From contig NC_068982.1 of NCBI RefSeq assembly GCF_001194135.2, positions 48,210,538 to 48,274,537 of the forward strand: 64,000 nucleotides of DNA, in the 5' to 3' direction. The DNA is from Octopus bimaculoides (Eukaryota). The position numbers and the translations under genes are program-made. The notes beneath the pieces are model-generated. The model saw nothing but the letters and a program-made list of their open reading frames with translations. It was not told the origin of the DNA and did no database searches. Below are positions 63,716 through 64,000 of this stretch, piece by piece. Position 1 is the stretch's first letter, and each line of letters begins with the position of its first letter.

Positions 63716-63930
63716 CTTTTCTTTTCTACTCTAGGCACAAGGCCTGAAATGTTTGGGCAGGGGGGGGCCAGTCGATTAGATCGACCCCAGTACGTAACTG
63801 GTACTTAATTTATCGACTCTGAAAGGATGAAAGGCAAAGTTGACCTTGGCGGAATTTGAACTCAGAACGTAAAGATGGACGAAATACCGCTAAGCATTTC
63901 ACCCGGCATGCTAACGTTTCTGCCAACAAT
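63715..63930 (-). mobile_element. SINE family B, well preserved, with (AAT)n tail at about 63680-63715
   Basis: gtacttaatttatcgactctgaaaggatgaaaggcaaagttgaccttggcggaatttgaactcagaacg. Confidence 0.82.
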
Positions 63931-64000
63931 AATAAGGCAAGCTGGCAAAAATGTTTACATGCCGGATGAAATGCTACTCAACATGAAGAAAATTCTAACT

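Overview
AT-rich, microsatellite- and SINE-dense eukaryotic genomic DNA with about 11 N gaps. The repeat families resemble those I recall from Octopus genomes (inference). The supplied ORF track is almost entirely microsatellite or transposon noise and misses the only host gene I can support: a minus-strand classical protein tyrosine phosphatase (PTP). Four exons, 55893-55756, 45441-45296, 40841-40682 and 9491-9402, have canonical AG/GT sites and splice in frame (phases 0/2/0) into 177 aa: PKGTPYCPDAEDVSSVRLYGDHQVILRKKDFKPEYIVSNLELKDME|NNLVRKLKHYWYTSWPAQGFPEPISFLKFILDVRLNNENKLAPLVVHC-S-|SGTGRTGTLIAIDAGMKMFDKTQTVDVLNFVYSMRLERPRAVQTKQQYALIYK|ALLEYATMVMSPSISSTSSRTTGNAVTYT*. The introns are 10.3, 4.5 and 31.2 kb. 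I found no 5' exons in the window. The catalytic Cys, P-loop Arg and Q-loop Glns are intact, but the general-acid WPD motif reads WPA, the same change as the engineered PTP1B D181A substrate trap. KCxxYWP has also drifted to KGTPYCP. This makes it a candidate pTyr-binding pseudophosphatase. The rest of the window is decayed RTE LINE fragments, several tRNA-type SINE families, Tc1/mariner relics, TTAA and TA MITEs, Helentron-like HINEs, and several intronic fold-backs or local inverted duplications. Exon coordinates were counted exactly. Repeat coordinates are approximate (about +/-20 bp), and identity figures are by-eye estimates.
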